A stretch of DNA of 42,139 nucleotides. It comes from Chiloscyllium plagiosum. Its lineage: Eukaryota. The stretch spans positions 10,847,497 through 10,889,635 of the forward strand of contig NC_057755.1 of the NCBI RefSeq assembly GCF_004010195.1, in the 5' to 3' direction. The notes under the pieces were generated by a model that had not been told where the DNA came from, did no database searches, and was given only the letters and a program-made list of their open reading frames with translations. Made by a program: the position numbers and the translations under genes. This document shows positions 22,960 to 35,289 of the stretch, one piece after another; position 1 is the stretch's first letter; every line of letters starts with the position of its first letter.

Positions 22960-23205
22960 TAAGATGGGGAGGAATTTCTTCTCTCAGAATGGTGTGAGTC
23001 TTTGGTTATCCTTACTGAAGAGAGCTGGGGTGGGGTGGGGGCAGAGTCCTTGTGTGTATTTAAGGCTGAGACAGATAGATTCTCGATCAGCCAGTGTTTG
23101 TGATAAGAGCAGGAAAGTGAGGAATGTCGGATCATCCATGATCCTATTGAAAGACACAGTAGGCTCGAGGGGCCGAATGCCCTACTCATGTTCCTATTCC
23201 TTTTG
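22960..23205 (+). mobile_element. LINE 3' tail fragment in the GPCR intron
   Basis: GGAATTTCTTCTCTCAGA...GGCTCGAGGGGCCGAATG 3' UTR motif. Confidence 0.7.
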
Positions 23206-23520
23206 ATCTTAAGACATGAATTTTCAATCAGAGATTCCACCTCCCCTGATGCCTTCCACTCATTTCCCACTGGCAAATGGGACTAGATTAATTTAGAATA
23301 TCTGGTTAGCAGGGACAAGATGGACTGAAGGGTCATTTTCTGCGCTGTTCATCTCTAAGACTCTATGACCTCGAGCTATTTATTTGTAAATCTTTTACAA
23401 TGAAGGGAAATACACAGAGAGCCAGGAATGTGATTTTACCAAAAATAGTATGTACTTATAAATAAACAGAAACTCACAACTTGTCAGGTAGCATCAGTTG
23501 GGAAAGAAGCTGAGTGAAGC

Positions 23521-24125
23521 TTAGGAATAAAAGAATGACTAGGGTAGGAATAGGTCCAGTCAAGGATAGTAGTGGGAAGTTGCGTGTGGAGGCGGAAGAG
23601 ATTGGGGAGACACTGAATGAATACTTTTCTTCAGTATTTACTCAGGAACTGGGCATTGTCGTCGATGTGAATACTGAGTCACAAATAAGTAGAATGGATA
23701 GCTTTGAGGTATGTAGAGAAGAGGTGTTGGAAATCCTGGAAAAGGTGAAAATAGATAAGTCCCCTGGGCCTGATGGCATTTATCCTAGGATTCTCTGGGA
23801 AGCAAGGGAGGAGATTGCAGAGCCATTGGCCTTGATTTTTATGTCCTCTTTGTCTACAGGAGTAGGCCCAGAAGACTGGAGGATAGCAAATGTGGTTCCC
23901 TTGTTCAAAAAGGGGAGTAGGGATAACCCTAGTAACTATAGGCCGGTGAGTCTCACTTCTGTTGTGGGCAAAGTCTTAGAGAGAATTGTAAGGGATAGGA
24001 TTTATGCACATCTGGATAGGAATAATGTGATCAAGGATAGTCAGCAAGGTTTTGTGAAGGGCAAGTCGTGCCTCACAAACCTTATTGAATTCTTTGAAAA
24101 GGTGACGAAGGAGGATGATGAGGGG
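23521..24125 (+). mobile_element. Young CR1 LINE insertion, 5' part (probable 3' end at 25666-25898)
   Basis: Open frame KSPGPDGIYPRIL...NYRPVSLTS...SCLTNLIEFF; the empty site GAGTGAAGC|TGTCAGG is seen at about 28450-28465. Confidence 0.9.
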
Positions 24126-25665
24126 CTTCTCGCTCAGCCTTCTCTGCTCCAAACGAAACAACCTGAGATTATTCAGCCTCTCTCCATCTCTGAATCCATC
24201 TCGTGGGGAGTGGGGGGGAGGGGGGGCAACATTCTAATGAATCGCTTCTGCACCCAACCCCCACAACCCCCCCTAAAATCCCATGCTTCCTATAGTGTGG
24301 GGACCAGAACTGCACACTGTATTCCAAATGTGGCTTCACCAAGGTCCTGTACAGTTCCAACATCACCTCTCATATCTTATAATCTCAGGTAATGACAACT
24401 CTAAACAGATCGATTCGAAAATATAACAAAGAAATGAGGATGCTGAAGATCTGAAGCAAAAGCAGAAATTGGTGGAGAAACACAGGAGGTCTGGCAGTAC
24501 CTGCGGAAAGAGAAAGCAGAGTTCATGTTTCACAGGTTGTACATATTTCTTCTGAAGAAGGTACACGAGATGTTGACTCTGCTTTCTCTCCACATTTGCT
24601 GCCAGACCTACAGAGTTTCTCCAGTAATTTATGTTTCTGATAACCAGGAGAGCTATCAGTGCTGTAAATACATTGACTCAGGCTGATGAGGTATCGGTGC
24701 TTCGAGATGAGGCGTGATTGTACTAAACACAATCATGCAAACTACAATCAGAGTGGGTAAAATGGGGAGCTTACAAAAGCACAGCAGGTCAAGCAGCATC
24801 AGAGGAGCACGAGGGTTGAAATGTGGTCCTGACTGAAACATTGACCCTCCAGTTCCTCTGATGCTTCCTCACCTGTTGTGTTATATCCACTTTACTGAAC
24901 ATGACTTTCTAGCATCTGTAGTGCTCATTATCTCCAAATGACAATCCGAAACCCTCTTGCACATGATGCAGTAAATCAAAACACCGGAGTTAACTCAGGT
25001 CAATTGACGTTCAGAAAATTAAATGATACGAGTGATGTGGTATCTGCATAAAGGTTTGTACGCAGTGTCAGTCCCACAGTAAAAACAGGGGCAGCATACT
25101 TACACAGTTTCTGTGTAAACCCACGTACCTGGAACACCAATGACAGCCAGGACCACATAACATATTCTGTTGGCAACCCGAATTATTCCATGCATTTTCC
25201 AAATGCACTACTCTGCCTCGATGAACAATCTAACTAAATTCAGCTCCAGAGTTAATGAAGCCCATTATCTATACTCTCTGGGAATGTCCACAGGGATATG
25301 AGGATTGCAAAATTTTCAAAGAGTTCTATTTTACAATTTGGGAAAAACAAATTTGTGTCAAAAAATATTTGCGATAGAGTATGTTGTAATGGTGATACTG
25401 AGTTGTTAAATAATAAAACTGGATAATTTACATGAATTAATGTTTTGTTGATGTTGTAGAAGTATACAGTAAGTTAGATCTCATGGAATACTGGAGAACT
25501 AGCCATTTGGATACAGAACTGGCTCAAAGGTAGAAGACAGAGGGTGGTGGTGGAGGGTTGTTTTTCAGACTGGAGGCCTGTGACCAGTAGAGTGCCACAA
25601 GGATCGGTGCTGGGCCCTCTACTTTTTGTCATTTACATAAATGATTTGGATGCGAGCATAAGAGG
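24126..25665. repeat. Duplicated block containing GPCR exon 1
   Basis: Matches 1-1311 and, apart from a deletion there, 29593-30613. Confidence 0.9.
25129..25195 (-). CDS. Exon 1 of the GPR139-like GPCR
   Basis: MHGIIRVANRICYVVLAVIGVP+G with donor GTACGT; phase-1 join gives ...IGVPVNLVVLMIL; 67+896=963 nt, 320 aa. Confidence 0.88.
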
Positions 25666-25899
25666 TCACTATATAGGACTGAAGTTAGGGGTAGGTTCTT
25701 CACTCAGCGAGTCGTAAGTTCATGGAATGCCCTGCCAGTAGCAGTGGTGGACTCTCCCTCTTTATGGGCATTTAAGCGGGCATTCGATAGGTATATGGAG
25801 GAGAGTGGGTTAGTATAGGTTAGGTGGGCTTGGATCGGCGCAACATCGAGGGTCAAAGGGCCTGTACTGCGCTGTATTCTTCTATGTTCTATGTTCTAA

Positions 25900-27328
25900 A
25901 CTGTCAGGTTGATAACATTTGTGTTTGACTTGGTTCACATCAAATTCTACTGAAAGATTAATGAGGTGGATAAGCGAAAAAAACGGGTTAGTGGAAATGA
26001 AAGTGCCTTAATGAAGAACAGAGAGTCCTCTGGGTCACTGCCAGTTGGAGCAGGAAAGCCACAGGGACCCCAGGACTATGGTGCAGCCAATTAGTCACGT
26101 TACAAAGTGGCATCTTCAACTCCAGTGATAAATCCCACCTCTTCATTCCCTGTCAAAGTCAGAGGGTAAAACGTGCCAATACTTTGCTGATCTTTGGTAA
26201 GGTGGTCAGTCCAACTGCATTGAAGGGCAAGAACAGATGGGGAGGGAGTCACAGCAACTCTCTCAGAGAGCGAGAGAGGGAGTGGGGGGCAAAGAGAGAG
26301 AGAGAGAGAGAGAGAGACACGTGCCAATACTTTGCTGATCTTTGGTAAGGTGGTCAGTCCAACTGCATTGAAGGGCAAGAACAGATGGGGAGGGAGTCAC
26401 AGCAACTCTCTCAGAGAGCGAGAGAGGGAGTGGGGGGCAAAGAGAGAGAGAGAGAGAGAGAGAGACGGGTCATTTAAGGTCACCTGAATCGATTGGATGA
26501 AGCTTTCATCAAAGTTGTGACTGAATCCATGACTGAGAACATGAACTTGTGCAGGCGAGTTTCCTGATTGAAACTCATCTCAGCTTTAAAGAGTCATTCC
26601 TCCTCTCTGAGGCTGTACCCTCAGGTTCTTGTCTCTGCTACTGGTGAAACCATCTTCTCCACTTTCACTCTATCCAGGTCTCTCAGTATTCTGTAAATTT
26701 CAATCAGATTCCCCATCCCCTCCACCAATCCTTCTAAACTCCATTGGTGTCCTCATATCCCCAGAATGGGATACACTTCTCGCTCAGCCTTCTCTGCTCC
26801 AAACGAAACAACCTGAGATTATTCAGCCTCTCTCCATCTCTGAATCCATCCCGTGGGGAGTGGGGGGGAGGGGGGGCAACATTCTAATGAATCGCTTCTG
26901 CACCCAACCCCCACAACCCCCCCCTAAAATCCCATGCTTCCTATAGTGTGGGGACCAGAACTGCACACTGTATTCCAAATGTGGCTTCACCAAGGTCCTG
27001 TACAGTTCCAACATCACCTCTCATATCTTATAATCTCAGGTAATGACAACTCTAAACAGATCGATTCGAAAATATAACAAAGAAATGAGGATGCTGAAGA
27101 TCTGAAGCAAAAGCAGAAATTGGTGAAGAAACACAGGAGGTCTGGCAGTACCCGCGGACAGAGAAGGCAGAGTTCATGTTTCACAGGTTGTACAGATTGA
27201 CTTCTGAAGAAGGTACACGAGATGATGACTCTGCTTTCGCTCCACATTTGCTGCCAGACCTACAGAGTTTCTCCAGTAATTTATGTTTCTGATAACCAGG
27301 AGAGCTATCAGTGCTGTAAATACATTGA
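25900..27328. repeat. Duplicated intron-type block
   Basis: Matches 28458-30145, except for a local ~150-bp duplication here and a ~420-bp extra segment there. Confidence 0.9.
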
Positions 27329-28240
27329 NNNNNNNNNNNNNNNNNNNNNNNNNNNNNNNNNNNNNNNNNNNNNNNNNNNNNNNNNNNNNNNNNNNNNNNN
27401 NNNNNNNNNNNNNNNNNNNNNNNNNNNNNNNNNNNNNNNNNNNNNNNNNNNNNNNNNNNNNNNNNNNNNNNNNNNNNNNNNNNNNNNNNNNNNNNNNNNN
27501 NNNNNNNNNNNNNNNNNNNNNNNNNNNNNNNNNNNNNNNNNNNNNNNNNNNNNNNNNNNNNNNNNNNNNNNNNNNNNNNNNNNNNNNNNNNNNNNNNNNN
27601 NNNNNNNNNNNNNNNNNNNNNNNNNNNNNNNNNNNNNNNNNNNNNNNNNNNNNNNNNNNNNNNNNNNNNNNNNNNNNNNNNNNNNNNNNNNNNNNNNNNN
27701 NNNNNNNNNNNNNNNNNNNNNNNNNNNNNNNNNNNNNNNNNNNNNNNNNNNNNNNNNNNNNNNNNNNNNNNNNNNNNNNNNNNNNNNNNNNNNNNNNNNN
27801 NNNNNNNNNNNNNNNNNNNNNNNNNNNNNNNNNNNNNNNNNNNNNNNNNNNNNNNNNNNNNNNNNNNNNNNNNNNNNNNNNNNNNNNNNNNNNNNNNNNN
27901 NNNNNNNNNNNNNNNNNNNNNNNNNNNNNNNNNNNNNNNNNNNNNNNNNNNNNNNNNNNNNNNNNNNNNNNNNNNNNNNNNNNNNNNNNNNNNNNNNNNN
28001 NNNNNNNNNNNNNNNNNNNNNNNNNNNNNNNNNNNNNNNNNNNNNNNNNNNNNNNNNNNNNNNNNNNNNNNNNNNNNNNNNNNNNNNNNNNNNNNNNNNN
28101 NNNNNNNNNNNNNNNNNNNNNNNNNNNNNNNNNNNNNNNNNNNNNNNNNNNNNNNNNNNNNNNNNNNNNNNNNNNNNNNNNNNNNNNNNNNNNNNNNNNN
28201 NNNNNNNNNNNNNNNNNNNNNNNNNNNNNNNNNNNNNNNN

Positions 28241-31200
28241 TGGTTAGCAGGGACAAGATGGACTGAAGGGTCAGTTTCTGCACTGTTCATCTCTATGACT
28301 CTATAACCTCGAGCTATTTATTTGTAAATCCTTTACAATGAAGGGAAATACTCAGAGAGCCAGGAATGTGATTTTACCAAAAATAGTATGTGCTTATAAA
28401 TAAACAGAAACTCACAACTTGTCAGGTAGCATCAGTTGGGAAAGAAGCTGAGTGAAGCTGTCAGGTTGATAACATTTGTGTTTGACTTGGTTCACATCAA
28501 ATTCTACTGAAAGATTAATGAGGTGGATAAGCGAAAAAACGGGTTAGTGGAAATGAAAGTGCCTTAATGAAGAACAGAGAGTTCTCTGGGTCACTGCCAG
28601 TTGGAGCAGGAAAGCCACAGGGACGCCAGGGCAATGGTGCAGCCCATTAGTCACACTACAAAGTGGCATCTTCAACTCCAGTGATAAATCCCATCTCTTC
28701 ATTCCCTGTCAAAGTCAGAGGGTAAAACGTGCCGATACTTTGCTGATCTTTGGTAAGGTGGTCAGTCCAACTGCATTGAAGGGTAAGAACAGATGGGGAG
28801 GGAGTCACAACAGCTCTCTCAGAGAGCGAGAGAGGGAGTGTGGGGCAAAGAGAGAGAGAGAGACGGGTCATTTAAGGTCACCTGAATCGATTGGATGAAG
28901 CTTTCATCAAAGTTGTGACTGAATCCAAATTGGGAGTGTGCAAGGAAACAGACCCTGAGCAGGCATCTCCGACACTGAAGTGAACAGAGTGCAGGTGGAT
29001 CTCTGTTTAATCTGGATGTCCAATTTGTGCGGGGGAGGGGGCGAATGGGGCAGGAGAACATGATGTGGTGGGGCAATGAAGCCGGTGAAAACACATCCAG
29101 TGTCGCATCACCTCTCCTGAATGCCGCGCCCCACCCCCAAAACCACACCAAATTATTTCAGGGTGCTTCTGGAGGAAGGATAACACACCAGAGCTGATAG
29201 GATGGGGAGGAAAGCGTTTGGTCTAAAGTCATAATGAGGATGTTGAATGAGAAGAGAGAGGAAGGCAGAATCAAGGAGTGACACCAGAATCAATTTCCTG
29301 AATTTCACTAAAAGACAGGGCAGTAGGAGTAAGGAAATAACGAGAATGTTTGAGAACATGAACTTGTGCAGGCGAGTTTCCTGATTGAAACTCATCTCAG
29401 CTTTAAAGAGTCATTCCTCCTCTCTGAGGCTGTACCCTCAGGTTCTTGTCTCTGCTACTGGTGAAACCATCTTCTCCAATTCCACTCTATCCAGGTCTCT
29501 CAGTATTCTGTAAATTTCAATCAGATTCCCCATCCCCTCCACCAATCCTTCTAAACTCCATTGGTGTCCTCATATCCCCAGAATGGGATACACTTCTCGC
29601 TCAGCCTTCTCTGCTCCAAACGAAACAACCTGAGATTAATCAGCCTCTCTCCATCTCTGAATCCATCCCGTGGGGAGTGGGGGGGAGGGGGGGCAACATT
29701 CTAATGAATCGCTTCTGCACCCAACCCCCACAACCCCCCCCTAAAATCCCATGCTTCCTATAGTGTGGGGACCAGAACTGCACACTGTATTCCAAATGTG
29801 GCTTCACCAAGGTCCTGTACAGTTCCAACATCACCTCTCATATCTTATAATCTCAGGTAATGACAACTCTAAACAGATCGATTCGAAAATATAACAAAGA
29901 AATGAGGATGCTGAAGATCTGAAGCAAAAGCAGAAATTGGTGAAGAAACACAGGAGGTCTGGCAGTACCCGCGGACAGAGAAGGCAGAGTTCATGTTTCA
30001 CAGGTTGTACAGATTGACTTCTGAAGAAGGTACACGAGATGATGACTCTGCTTTCGCTCCACATTTGCTGCCAGACCTACAGAGTTTCTCCAGTAATTTA
30101 TGTTTCTGATAACCAGGAGAGCTATCAGTGCTGTAAATACATTGATTCCAAATGCACTACTCTGCCTCGATGAACAATCTAACTAAATTCAGCTCCAGAA
30201 TTAATGAAGCCCATTATCTATACTCTCTGGGAATGTCCACAGGGATATGAGGATTGCAACATTTTCAAAGAGTTCTATATTACAATTTGGGAAAAACAAA
30301 TCTGTGTCAAAAAATATTTGCGATAGAGTATGTTGTAATGGTGATACTGAGTTGTTAAATAATAAAACTGGATAATTTACATGAATTAATGTTTTGTTGA
30401 TGTTGTAGAAGTATACAATACGTTAGATCTCATGGAATACTGGAGAACTCGCCATTTGGATACAGAACTGGCTCAAAGGTAGAAGACAGAGGGTGGTGGT
30501 GGAGGGTTGTTTTTCAGACTGGAGGCCTGTGACCAGTAGAGTGCCACAAGGATCGGTGCTGGGCCCTCTACTTTTTGTCATTTACATAAATGATTTGGAT
30601 GCGAGCATAAGAGGAACAGTTAGTAAGTTTGCAGATGGCACCAAATTTGAGGTGTAGTAGACAGCGAAGAGGGTTACCTCAGGTTACAACAGGATCTTGA
30701 CTGGATGGGCCAATGGGCTGAGAAGTGGCAGATGGAGTTTAATTCAGATAAATGCGTGGTGCTGCATCTTGGGAAAACAAATCTTAGCAGGACTTATACA
30801 CTTAATGGTAAGGTCCGAGCGAGTGTTGCTGAGCAAAGAGACCTTGGAGTGCAGGTTCATAGCTCCTTGAAAGTGGAGTCACGGGTAGAAAGGATATCGA
30901 AGAAGGAGTTTGATATGCTTTCCTTTATTGGTCAGAGTATTGAGTACAGGAGTTGGGAGGTATGTTGCGGCTGTATAGGGCATTGGCTAGGCCACTGTTG
31001 GAATATTGCATGCAATTCTGGTCTCCTTCCTATTGGAAAAATGCTGTGAAACTTGAAAGGTTTCAGAAAAGATTTACAAGGATGTTGCCAGGGTTGGTGG
31101 ATATGAGCTACAGGGAGAGGCTGAACAGGCTGGGGCTGTTTTCACTGGAGTATCGAAGGCTGAGGGGTGACCTTATAGAGGTTTACAAAATTATGAGGGG

Positions 31201-32953
31201 CATAGATAGGATTAATAGGCAACGTCTTTTCCCTGGGGTGTCGGGAAGTCCAGAACTAGAGGGCATAGATTTAGGGTGAGAGGATAAAGATATAAAAGAG
31301 ACCTAAGGGGCAAATCTTTCACATAGAGGGTGGTACGTGTATGGAATGATCTGCCAGAGAAAGTGGTTGACGCTGCTACAATTGCAACATTTAAGAGGCA
31401 TTTGGATGGGTATATGAATAGGAAGGGTTTGGAGAAATATGGGCTGGGTGCTGGCAGGTGTGACTAGATTGGGTTGGGATATCCGGTCGGCATGGACGGG
31501 TTGGACTGAAGGGTCTGTTTCCATGCTGTACATCTCTATGACTCTAATTTAGAGTCACTTCAAATCAGACATAACAGATAAGGCAGAGTTACCATAGCCC
31601 CGCTCTCTCTTTGGAGAGAGGTTTCTGGTGGTGGTTTAACCTGAGGGACACCACACCTCAGGCAAGGGAAGACAGTGAGGAGAGTCCTCAGCCCATCAAG
31701 TCTGCTCCGCCATTCAATCATGGGTCATACGTTTCGTAACCCCCTTCTCTTGCTTTCTCCCCATATCCCTTGATCTCCTTGATACTCAAGAACCAATCTA
31801 TCGCAATCTTAAATATACTCAATACCTGGCCTCCACAGCCTTCTGTGGTAATGAATTCCATAGATTCGCCATTCTCAGGCTGAAGTTTCTCCTTATCTCC
31901 TTATCTTCGTTCTAAAATGTCTTCTCTTTTCTCTATGGCCTCGGGCCCTAGTCTCTGCTACCAATGGAAACATCTTCCCAACATCCACTCTGTCCAGGCC
32001 ATTCAGTATTCTGTATGTTTCAGTTAGAACCTGCTACCCCCCCACCCCACATCCTTCTAAACTTCATTGAGTATATGCCGAGAATCCTCGAACTTTCCTC
32101 ATATGTTAATGCATTTTTCATTCCTGGGACTATTCCCTCCTCTGAAATGCACTCTCGGGCCAGTACATCCTTCCTGAGATAGTGGGACCAAAACTGCACA
32201 CGATACTCCAAATGTGGTCTGACCAGAGCCTCATAGAGCCTCAGAAGTACATCCCTGCTTTTATATTCAAGTTCTCTCAAAATCAATGCCATCAATGCAT
32301 TTGCCATCGGAACTGGTGTCTCACCCTGCAGGCTTACCTTGAGAGACAAAGGTACAAAAGCAGGTTGTGAGAGGCATTTACGGGGCGATATCGATCAGTT
32401 AAATGAGTGGGCAGGTAGTAGGCAAATGGCTTACAAAGTGGGAAAATGTTAACGTCATTTTGGAAGGGAGAATAAAAGGAAAGTATTACTTTAACGGAGA
32501 AAAGCAACAGTAAGACACAACACAAAGGGTCTTGGGTTGACCTGCGCGTGACACACAGAAAGCCAACACGCAGCAATAGCAGGTAATCAGGAACGGGGCT
32601 AATGGACTGTTAATCCTTATTTCAAAGGGGGTTGGAGCATGAGTAGGGAAGTCTTACTGCTGCTGGGGAGACTGCATCTGGAGCTCTGTGAGCTGTTTTG
32701 GTCACTTTTTTAAGGAAAGATATGATTTAATTGTAGGCAGTTCAGAGAAGGTTCATGAGGAAGATCCCTGGTATAAAATATAGAACATAGAAAAGTACAG
32801 CACAGAACAGGCCCTCTGGCCCACGATGTTGTGCCGAAGTTTAATCCTAATGTAAAATATAGTAACTTAACCTATGCACCGCTCAACTCACTGCTATCCA
32901 TGTGCATGTCCAGCAGTCGCTGAAATGTCCCCAATGACTCTCCTTCCACCACC
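28241..32953. repeat. Further copy of the GPCR intron/upstream unit, lacking exon 1
   Basis: Colinear with 23303-23520, 25900-27328 and 1-4152; junction ATTGA|TTCCAAATG at 30145. Confidence 0.9.
30430..31545 (+). mobile_element. CR1 LINE 3' fragment (fuller version of 1171-1982)
   Basis: WAEKWQMEFNSDKC...RDLGVQV; RPLLEYCMQFWSP. Confidence 0.92.
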
Positions 32954-33300
32954 TCAGCTGGCAACGCATTCCATGTATTCACAACTCTCTGTGTAAAGAA
33001 CCTACCTCTGACGTTTCCTTTATACCTTCCTCCTAACGTCTTCAAACTATGACTTCTCGTGCCAGTCTATCCTGCCCTGGGGAAAAGTCTCTGGCTCTAT
33101 CTATTCCTCTCATCATTTTGTACACTTCGATAAGGTCTCCTCTCTTCCTCCTTCTCTCCAGAGAGAAAAGTCCAAGTTTATTCAACCTCTCTTCATACGG
33201 CAAGCCCTCCAGTCCGGGCAGCATCCTGGTAAACCTTCTTTGCACCCTCTCGAAAGCCTCTGAATCTTTCCTCTGGTAGGGCGACCAGAACTGGACACAA
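32778..33300 (-). mobile_element. 5'-truncated CR1 LINE inserted in an older LINE
   Basis: CVQFWSPY...ERVQRRFTRMLPGL...RGDLIEVYK; host sequence resumes at 33301. Confidence 0.9.
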
Positions 33301-34315
33301 TGGAGGGATTGTTTTATGAGCAAAGGCGAATCAGATTGGGACTTCACTTGCTGCAGTTTAGAAGAATCAGGGGTGTCTCATTGAAATATATCAGATTCTG
33401 AAGGAGTTTGATGGTAAATGCTGAGAGTCTGGGAACAGAGGGTATACTCTGGTCACCATTATACGACTGAGATGGGGAGGAATTTCTCCTCTCAGAGGGA
33501 AATGAGTCTTTGGGGCTCCTTGTCACAGAGCGATGTGGGGGCAGAGTCCTTGTATATTGAAGGCTGAGAGAGATAGACTCCTGATCAGTGGGGGATCGAG
33601 GGTAACGAGGTAAGAGCAGGAATGTGGACATGAGGATTATTGGATCAGCTATAATATTGTTGAGTGATGGAGCAGGCTGTCCCTATTTTTAATGGCCTGT
33701 TATGTGTTGCCATCCAAATGGAACATTAGCTGAGTATGCTAATAAATATATGCATGCTAATTGGAGCTGTGAGCATGTTTCAATGTACCAGCGTTCACTC
33801 CATAATAGCAGATCAAGTTGAGGTAGTCGGTTTACCTGAATGGGGATTACTCACTGTCCGGAGTTGCAGTGAGTCCTTCAGCACGTTTTCCTGGATCTTC
33901 GCACGTGTCAGTCTGTAACTCTCACCCGAAAGATGACTCTTTCCCGTGGGCGACCAGTCAGTTTCGGTCAGTACTGCAGCATCTCTCACTGAATTGCTGA
34001 AGTTCCCAGTTCACACAATGGGGAACAGGCATGGAGTATAGAGTCCTGTGACACTGAGCTGCTCCACTCAAACCTCAAGAAAAATCATCCCTTCTCTCTC
34101 CAGACCTTCATTTACACCCCTGCAAATATGCACACACGCAATCCTGTAAACACACACACGCACATAGACCTGTACACACAGACATACACTCCTGAAAACG
34201 GAACTGCCAAAACTGAACTTCCTGTGGTCAGGCCTGATCCCATTGCAAACTGCCAATGTTCAACTCTGCCTCACCCCACAGCGTAGTGTTTAGACGAAGA
34301 CACCGTGATAGAGGC

Positions 34316-35110
34316 AGCAGTGTACTGTTGGAAGGTCAGTACAAGGGAGCGCCACACTGTCGAGGGGCAGTACTGAGGGCGCATGGCACTGTTGGAGCGT
34401 CAGTAGTAAGGGACTGCCGCACTGGCAGAGGGTCAGTACTGAGGGAGTGCTGCACTGTCAGAGGGTCAGTACTGAGGTAGTGCTGCATTGTCAAAGGGTA
34501 GGTACTGAGGATGCGCTGCACTATCAGGGGGTCAATACTGAGGGAATGCTGCACTGTCGGAGGGTCAGTACTGAGGGAGTGCTGCACTGACAGAGGGTCA
34601 GTACGGAGGGTGCGCTGCACTGTCAGAGGGTCAGTACTGACGGAGTGCAGCACTGTCAGAGGGTCAGTACTGAGGGTGTGCTGCACTGTCAGAGTGTTAG
34701 TACTGAGGGTGTGCTGCACTGTCAGATGGTGAGTACTGAGGGTGTGCTGCACTGTCAGAGGGTCAGAACTGAGGGTGTGCTGCACAGTCAGAGGGTCAGA
34801 ACTGAGGGATTGCCACACTGTCAGAGGTTCACTACTGAGGGAGTGCCGCACCGTCAGAGGGTCAGTACTGAGGGAGTGCCGTACTGTCAGAGGGTCAGTA
34901 CTGAGAGAGTGTCGCACTGTCAGAGGGTCAGTACTGAGGGAGTGTCGCACTGTCAGAGGGTCAGTACTGCGGGAGTGCAGTCCTCTTGGAGGGTCATTAC
35001 TGCGTGAGTGCTGTCCTGTCTGAGGGTCAGTGCTGCCGGTGTGCTGTCCTGTCAGTGAGTGAGTACTGCGGAGTGCTGTCCTGTCAGAGGGTCAGTTCTG
35101 AGGGAGTGAT
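34316..35110. repeat. 33-bp minisatellite, about 23-24 units
   Basis: Unit GAGGGTCAGTACTGAGGGAGTGCTGCACTGTCA. Confidence 0.95.
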
Positions 35111-35289
35111 GAACATTCAACTCCATTCTCTGATCATGGAGCCTTATTGGTGAATCTGTTGGCGCAGTATTTACTGTTCACGTTGTCACTAGCAAACAAG
35201 ATGAACTGGGATGTTAAACCTCAACAAATCTTCAGTTGGTGGGAAGACTGAGAGGTTACAGAAAGGATACCAGTGGGTGTTTGAAAGGA

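Noticed and set aside
23514..24392. 292-aa RT fusion ORF
   Set aside because: Chance read-through from a LINE into an unrelated block at a suspicious junction
26170..26466. ~150-bp direct duplication
   Set aside because: Identical copies bounded by a GA microsatellite and absent from the paralogous block; likely slippage or assembly artefact
34336..35023. ORFs with an 11-aa periodic repeat
   Set aside because: Consequence of the 33-bp unit; no splice or start context
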